Shown piece by piece: positions 15,299-16,754 of a DNA stretch of 16,754 nucleotides. The position numbers and the translations under genes are program-made. Each line of letters starts with the position of its first letter. The first letter of the stretch is position 1. This DNA comes from a virus (taxonomy: Duplodnaviria; Heunggongvirae; Uroviricota; Caudoviricetes): positions 1-16,754 of IMG/VR virus record IMGVR_UViG_2939172355_000006; one strand, 5' to 3'. Under the pieces are notes generated by a model. The model was not told where the DNA came from and did not search any database. It worked only from the letters and a program-made list of their open reading frames with translations.

Positions 15299-15337
15299 CA
15301 GTCCCTTCTAGGTCGCACCTGTCCTTTCTAGGGACTG
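15299..15337. promoter_or_regulatory. Direct repeat GTCC(C/T)TTCTAGG x2 (20-bp phasing) nested in an 8-bp inverted repeat; putative Cox or repressor binding sites in the cox leader
   Basis: GTCCCTTCTAGG lies at 15301-15312 and GTCCTTTCTAGG at 15321-15332. CAGTCCCT (15299-15306) is the reverse complement of AGGGACTG (15330-15337). Confidence 0.45.
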
Positions 15338-15354
15338 GCTAACACACTCAAAAG

Positions 15355-15398
15355 GTCACCAATACACAACCTTTTGACGGGAATATAAGTCACCAATA
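15355..15398. promoter_or_regulatory. Perfect 10-bp direct repeat GTCACCAATA x2 (34-bp phasing) flanking the Pe -10/start region: putative C-repressor operator half-sites
   Basis: The copies lie at 15355-15364 and 15389-15398. One copy sits in the Pe and Pc spacers and the other just downstream of the predicted Pe start. P2 C is known to bind direct repeats flanking the Pe -10. Confidence 0.5.
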
Positions 15399-15402
15399 GG
15401 TT
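15374..15402 (+). promoter_or_regulatory. Putative repressor promoter Pc, convergent with Pe
   Basis: TTGACG (15374-15379), a 17-nt spacer, then TAGGTT (15397-15402). The predicted start at about 15409-15411 coincides with the C start codon at 15411. No SD precedes C, which suggests a leaderless or near-leaderless mRNA. Confidence 0.35.
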
Positions 15403-15410
15403 ACTGTCAA
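15375..15410 (-). promoter_or_regulatory. Early promoter Pe (drives cox, B and the early operon)
   Basis: Near-consensus sigma-70 promoter on the minus strand: TTGACA (15410-15405), a 17-nt spacer, then TATATT (15387-15382). The predicted start is near 15375. Confidence 0.6.
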
Positions 15411-15704
15411 ATGCAGACATTCGAAAAACTGAAAGCGATTAGGAAAGCAGAAGGCTTAACACAGGCGAAATTCAGCGAAATTAGCGGGATAGCTCTAGGA
15501 ACAGTCAAAAATTACGAAAGTGGGCATAAAGACCCTGGTCTCAGCATCGTTATGCGAGTCACAAATACGCCTTTATTTAAAAAATATACGCTCTGGTTAA
15601 TGACTGGTGATACGTCACCACAAGCTGGTCAGATCGCGCCGGCTCTCGCACACATTGGGCAAAAACCAACAGAATCAGACCACTCCGAAAAACAGACTGG
15701 TTAA
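15411..15704 (+). CDS. C: P2 C-type immunity repressor (HTH, 97 aa) of a non-P2 immunity class
   Basis: An N-terminal HTH (LTQAKFSEISGIALGTVKNYESG) and a C-terminus ...KKYTLWLMTGDTSPQAGQIAPALAHIGQKPTESDHSEKQTG parallel P2 C (..TKYALWFMTNQIAPESGQIAPALAHFGQ...). The N-terminal half diverges. Confidence 0.85.
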   Translation: MQTFEKLKAIRKAEGLTQAKFSEISGIALGTVKNYESGHKDPGLSIVMRVTNTPLFKKYTLWLMTGDTSPQAGQIAPALAHIGQKPTESDHSEKQTG

Positions 15705-15773
15705 CACTCTATAAACATTACATTTTCACCATTTGTTACCAAGATGGTGAATACAGCGTCAGAGGGCTTTCTT

Positions 15774-16754
15774 ATGTCAATTAAGAAGCTCGATGATGGA
15801 CGCTATGAAGTGGACATTAGACCTCGCGGTCGCGACGGAAAACGCATCCGCAGGAAATTTGAAAGAAAAGCTGAGGCTGTAGCATTTGAGCGATACACAA
15901 TCGCCTACGCCAGCCAGAAAGAATGGGCAGGTCAGCGAGCAGATCGCAGAACTTTGAGTGAGTTGCTGAACATCTGGTGGAAATATCACGGGCAAAACCA
16001 CGAGCATGGAACAAAAGAGTTTAATCATCTGCTCAAAACCATCAGCGGCATAGGTGATATACCAGTGAGCCGGATGAGCAAAAGAGCTTTGATGGATTAT
16101 CGTTCCATGCGACTACGTGATGGTATCAGTGCCGCAACGATAAACCGTGACATGTACCGATTATCCGGCATGTTCACAAAATTAATTCAATTGGATGAAT
16201 TTTCCGGGCAACACCCAATTCACGGACTGCCGCCACTGGCGGAGGCCAACCCTGAAATGACGTTCCTGGAAAAAGCAGAAATCGAAAAACTGTTAAATGT
16301 TTTGGATGGTGATGACTTACTTGTCGCACTTTTATGTCTGAGCACTGGAGGAAGATGGACGGAAGTTGCCACGCTAAAACCAGCACAGATTACAAATTGC
16401 AGGGTTACCTTCCTGAAAACCAAAAACGGTAAAAAGCGAACCGTGCCGATTTCTGAGGAACTGGAGAAAAAAGTTAAAGAGGAGGCCAGCGCTAAATTAT
16501 TCAAAGTTGATTATGAGAAGTTTTGCGGGATTTTACGCAGAGTGAAGCCAGATATACCACCCAATCAGGCAACCCACATCCTGCGGCATACATTCGCAAG
16601 CCATTTCATGATGAATGGGGGCAATATAATCGCACTGCAACAGATTCTGGGACATGCGAGCATTCAGCAGACGATGGCCTATGCGCACCTTGCGCCTGAC
16701 TACCTGCAAAATGCCGTCGCGCTGAATCCTCTAAAAGGCGGAGTGACGTTATAA
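15774..16754 (+). CDS. int: Tyrosine recombinase, P2-family integrase (326 aa)
   Basis: The ATG at 15774 has AGAGGG 7 nt upstream. The N-terminal arm-binding-type domain begins MSIKKLDDGRYEVDIRPRGRDGKRIRRKF. Catalytic motifs are present: TGGRWTE (Arg), HILRHTFASH (H-x-x-R) and GHASIQQTMAYAHL (Tyr). The stop lies at the window end. Confidence 0.92.
   Translation: MSIKKLDDGRYEVDIRPRGRDGKRIRRKFERKAEAVAFERYTIAYASQKEWAGQRADRRTLSELLNIWWKYHGQNHEHGTKEFNHLLKTISGIGDIPVSRMSKRALMDYRSMRLRDGISAATINRDMYRLSGMFTKLIQLDEFSGQHPIHGLPPLAEANPEMTFLEKAEIEKLLNVLDGDDLLVALLCLSTGGRWTEVATLKPAQITNCRVTFLKTKNGKKRTVPISEELEKKVKEEASAKLFKVDYEKFCGILRRVKPDIPPNQATHILRHTFASHFMMNGGNIIALQQILGHASIQQTMAYAHLAPDYLQNAVALNPLKGGVTL

Larger units (their letters stand above)
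1035..16754. mobile_element. Degraded P2-like prophage (about 15.7 kb versus about 33 kb for P2), from the right att arm next to ogr to int at the window end
   Basis: The P2 gene order is preserved in reverse orientation: ogr, FI', [cargo], G, 'H, V', [cargo], S, R, lysC/B/A, 'Q, cos, [cargo], early genes, B, cox, C, int. Several genes are truncated at deletion junctions. The left boundary is approximate. The attL side lies beyond the window. Confidence 0.9.

Noticed and set aside
13233-16504. Shadow ORFs 13233-13442, 13594-13794, 14528-14773, 14748-14960, 15777-16028, 15817-16014, 16174-16386 and 16220-16504
   Set aside because: All overlap better-supported early genes or int, in other frames or on the other strand.
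1-16754. CRISPR arrays, tRNA/tmRNA or rRNA genes, IS elements with terminal inverted repeats, retron-like ncRNA
   Set aside because: I saw no regularly spaced repeat array, cloverleaf-like GC-rich 75-90 nt segment, transposase ORF or reverse transcriptase ORF on either strand. The att site here does not appear to be a tRNA gene.

Overview
The window holds the 3' flank of an Escherichia coli-type chromosome, namely fieF (1-903, minus strand) and its upstream region. The rest is a heavily degraded P2-like prophage of about 15.7 kb, running from about 1035 to the window end at the integrase stop codon. I recognise the prophage proteins from memory of P2: Ogr, FI, G, H, V, S, R, LysC/B/A, Q, B, Cox, a C-type repressor and Int. 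I did not run any search. At least four internal deletions have removed most morphogenesis genes and the replication gene A. They are FI'-ogr, V'-'H, lysA-'Q, and the loss of gene A. The 19-nt P2 cos sequence, the immunity switch, int, cox, ogr and the right att arm are still present. All three AT-rich accessory slots known from P2 are occupied by intact ORFs that look foreign. (1) The Z/fun slot (G to FI) holds a 299-aa protein with a zinc-ribbon motif (2606-3505). (2) The orf30 slot (S to V) holds a 261-aa protein with three predicted TM helices (5775-6560). (3) The old/tin slot next to cos holds a three-gene cassette: a ParB/Srx-like protein, a translationally coupled protein with an Mrr/PD-(D/E)xK-like motif, and a convergent complete C5 cytosine methyltransferase (9780-12818). 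The three-gene cassette is my best candidate for an undescribed restriction-modification-like defence system. The two single-gene cargos are secondary candidates. I saw no tRNA, rRNA or CRISPR array. GC statements are by-eye estimates and all homology statements come from memory of protein families.
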